Assembly: GCA_038214755.1 (NCBI GenBank)
Contig: JBBQRQ010000071.1
Span: forward strand, 1-26,454
Reading direction: 5' to 3'
DNA from: Verrucomicrobiota bacterium
GTDB lineage: Bacteria; Verrucomicrobiota; Verrucomicrobiia; Limisphaerales; CANJXF01
Length of the DNA stretch: 26,454 bases
The translations under genes and the position numbers were made by a program. The notes under the pieces are model-generated. The model saw only the letters and a program-made list of their open reading frames with translations, ran no database searches and had not been told where the DNA came from. Of the stretch, positions 24,176 through 26,454 are shown piece after piece (the first letter of the stretch is position 1; each line of letters starts with the position of its first letter).

Positions 24176-26331
24176 TGAATTTAAAAATCCAATGCGCTTG
24201 CGGAACGAAGTTTTCTTTCGACGTCGAACCGGTCGATGGAAAAATGCCCGTCGAAATTTTTTGCCCGAAATGCGGAGTGGATGTGACGGGAGAGGCCAAC
24301 GCGTCGATTGATCAATCGCGAGCGGGAGAAGGTCCGATCGCGGTGCAAGTCGCAGCCAAACCGCGGGTTCGTTTGCATGTAGCTACACCGGCTGTGCCGG
24401 AGACTTCGGCGAGCGCCAGCGCGATGCCTGGGGTTGAAATGTGTTTCCGGCATCCGCGAAATGTGGCGACGGCCCATTGCGCCGTTTGCCAGAAACCGAT
24501 TTGCCCGGACTGCATGCAATCGTTCGGATATTTATGTTCGATCAATTGCCGCTACCGAGCGGAGCAGGAAAAAATTCGCGTGCCGGTTTACAAGCTGCAA
24601 AAAAATGTGGCCGAGCGCGGCGCCTTGCGAAAAGCGATGGCGATCACCGGCGTGGTGGCGCTTGTCCTCTGCGCGCTGGCGGGAGTCTGGCTTTGGTACA
24701 TTTTCAGCGGCTCCAAACCGAGGCCGTTTTACACGTTGAAACTTCCGGCGGACAAACAAGGAACTTCCGCCAGATTTTTCGGGCCGAACCAAATTCTGTT
24801 GCTCAACAAAAACGAAATTTCGGCCCACGACATCAAAGCGAAAAAAAATGTCTGGTCCACTCCGCTGAACGATCCCCTGCCCGCGCCCGCTCCGGGGCCG
24901 GTCGCCGCGAAAGGCTCGCCGAAAAATTCATCGAGGGTGAATCCTGCTAACGAAGCCGATTCTGAACCCGACAATAATTTTTCATCTGCTGTGACCGCGC
25001 CTTTTTTCACCGGCGATGAAGTTTGGATTTGTCTTTCGCATAACGTGGTTTGCATCGATTTGAAAAGTGGCGGCGTAAAACACACCATTCCGTTTCAGGG
25101 AAGATTAAGCGCGTTCACTCCGGGCGAATCGACGTTGCTGGTTGTCTCAGACAAAACGCCCACGAAAAAATCGGTGACGCAAATCACTCCTGGTTCCGGC
25201 GAAACGAAGACAACGCAGGTCGCCTCGTCGTTGCGCGAAAAACTTCCCGCCGCCAAAGAGTTGCCCGCGAATGTCCTGCCGACGGCCGCGCTCCTTTTGA
25301 AATACGAACTTGAGGGAGCGGAAAAAAGTCATCCCTCTATTTATAAATTCAGCAGCGAGTTTTTTCCGGCGGGCCGAAATCTGGTGGAGATGCAGGTCAA
25401 GCTGCTGGAACCAAAAGTTGTCGCGGTCCAAACCATGAAACCAGCGGGACCGTCGCAATTGAATTCCAGCACAACTTCCTCGACCAGCGCGCGAGCGGTG
25501 CAAGAGGAAATTTTGAACGAGCAGAAACGAAACACGACCGGTGGCTTCAAACGGATCGATCAAAGCCGCTACGGGGTTCTGCTTCGGCGAACCATGGAGA
25601 CGGGCGCGCTGGATTGGACGGGAGAAGTCATCGGCGTTCCGACATTTTTCCCGGAAAAAACGGTGGATGTGCTGATCGCGGGGAAGAGCCTTCTGGCTTT
25701 CGACAAACAAAACAAAAAGATTTTCGACAGCCAACTTAGCTACCCAATTGCGGACAAGTTCACGGCGGGTGATCGAGGCGCTGGCTCGCCCTGCGTGGAA
25801 ACGAACAACACATTGCTCGTCTTCGACAAAGGCGTGTTGACGGCGTTCGAGTTGCCGGGCGGAACGGTGCGATGGCGTCTGACGAGCGTCGGGATCAGCG
25901 CCATTCAATTTGACGAAAAGGGGATGCTTTACGTCAACACCACCACGGCGTCGCCGGAAGACATTCAATATTCCGAAGAAATAAAAATACGAGACGCGAT
26001 CCAGCCGATCATTTTAAAAGTCGATCCACAGGGAAAAACTCTTTGGAAAAGCGAGCAGATTGGCGGCAGATGTTTTCTCACGGGAAAATTTGTTTATGTC
26101 ACCGACGCAGCACGAGCCGACTTTTCCCTCTTGCTCGCGGTGGAAGAAGCGTTTGGAGCGACCTCGCGTTCCAGCGGGAATCTAACGGTCTATCGGCTTG
26201 ATCCCGCGAACGGAAAAAAATTGTGGTCGTTTACAAAATCAGGCGCTCCCTCCGACGCGGATTTTTCCAACAACCGAATTCTTCTGCGCTATTCCGACGA
26301 AATTGAAATTCTCAAGTTTATTTCCTTTTAG
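24175..26331 (+). CDS. Membrane-anchored protein: zinc ribbon, B-box-like zinc finger, TM helix and PQQ-like beta-propeller, 718 aa
   Basis: CACG..CPKC; C..H......C..C.KPIC..C; hydrophobic AITGVVALVLCALAGVWLWY; repeated ..D..G...W blades (GTVRW, GKTLW, DPANGKKLW). The ATG overlaps the upstream TGA (TGATG). Confidence 0.78.
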   Translation: MNLKIQCACGTKFSFDVEPVDGKMPVEIFCPKCGVDVTGEANASIDQSRAGEGPIAVQVAAKPRVRLHVATPAVPETSASASAMPGVEMCFRHPRNVATAHCAVCQKPICPDCMQSFGYLCSINCRYRAEQEKIRVPVYKLQKNVAERGALRKAMAITGVVALVLCALAGVWLWYIFSGSKPRPFYTLKLPADKQGTSARFFGPNQILLLNKNEISAHDIKAKKNVWSTPLNDPLPAPAPGPVAAKGSPKNSSRVNPANEADSEPDNNFSSAVTAPFFTGDEVWICLSHNVVCIDLKSGGVKHTIPFQGRLSAFTPGESTLLVVSDKTPTKKSVTQITPGSGETKTTQVASSLREKLPAAKELPANVLPTAALLLKYELEGAEKSHPSIYKFSSEFFPAGRNLVEMQVKLLEPKVVAVQTMKPAGPSQLNSSTTSSTSARAVQEEILNEQKRNTTGGFKRIDQSRYGVLLRRTMETGALDWTGEVIGVPTFFPEKTVDVLIAGKSLLAFDKQNKKIFDSQLSYPIADKFTAGDRGAGSPCVETNNTLLVFDKGVLTAFELPGGTVRWRLTSVGISAIQFDEKGMLYVNTTTASPEDIQYSEEIKIRDAIQPIILKVDPQGKTLWKSEQIGGRCFLTGKFVYVTDAARADFSLLLAVEEAFGATSRSSGNLTVYRLDPANGKKLWSFTKSGAPSDADFSNNRILLRYSDEIEILKFISF

Positions 26332-26454
26332 ACGCGCGCATCTGTCGGGGGTGAAGCCCAATGGAAAGGAGCGCGGCCGGTCGCGTGCGCGGGACTGGGG
26401 TGGGCCGAAAACCCTGAGGGTTTTTGGCGGTTTGTAAAGCGGGGTAGAGAACGT

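Noticed and set aside
26405..26427. Hairpin CCGAAAACCC-tga-GGGTTTTTGG near the window end
   Set aside because: It could be a terminator or one arm of another repeat, but it is too close to the window edge to classify.

Overview
Bacterial chromosomal window. The repeat families, prepilin/H-X9-DG gene, DUF3568-like lipoprotein and short stand-alone AraC suggest Verrucomicrobiota; this is an inference. The window opens in the 3' part of dnaE, which carries an in-frame palindromic REP-like doublet. A ~17 kb surface-polysaccharide locus follows: an O-antigen ligase/polymerase plus a frameshifted tandem paralogue, four GT4 glycosyltransferases, a Wzx flippase and four SAM methyltransferases. Two things interrupt it: a cassette (IS3 orfA remnant in frame with a small AraC regulator, tandem direct repeat, secreted tailspike-like beta-helix protein) and an internally deleted IS4 element with intact inverted repeats and a 9-bp target duplication. 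The right part holds a secreted Ig/ConA-like protein, yajQ, a lipoprotein, mgtE, and a coupled prepilin plus zinc-finger/beta-propeller gene pair. Several unrelated palindromic and heptamer repeat elements are interspersed there, one apparently translated as part of the prepilin leader. No rRNA, tRNA or CRISPR array was seen. All protein calls come from motif recognition by eye, not database searches.
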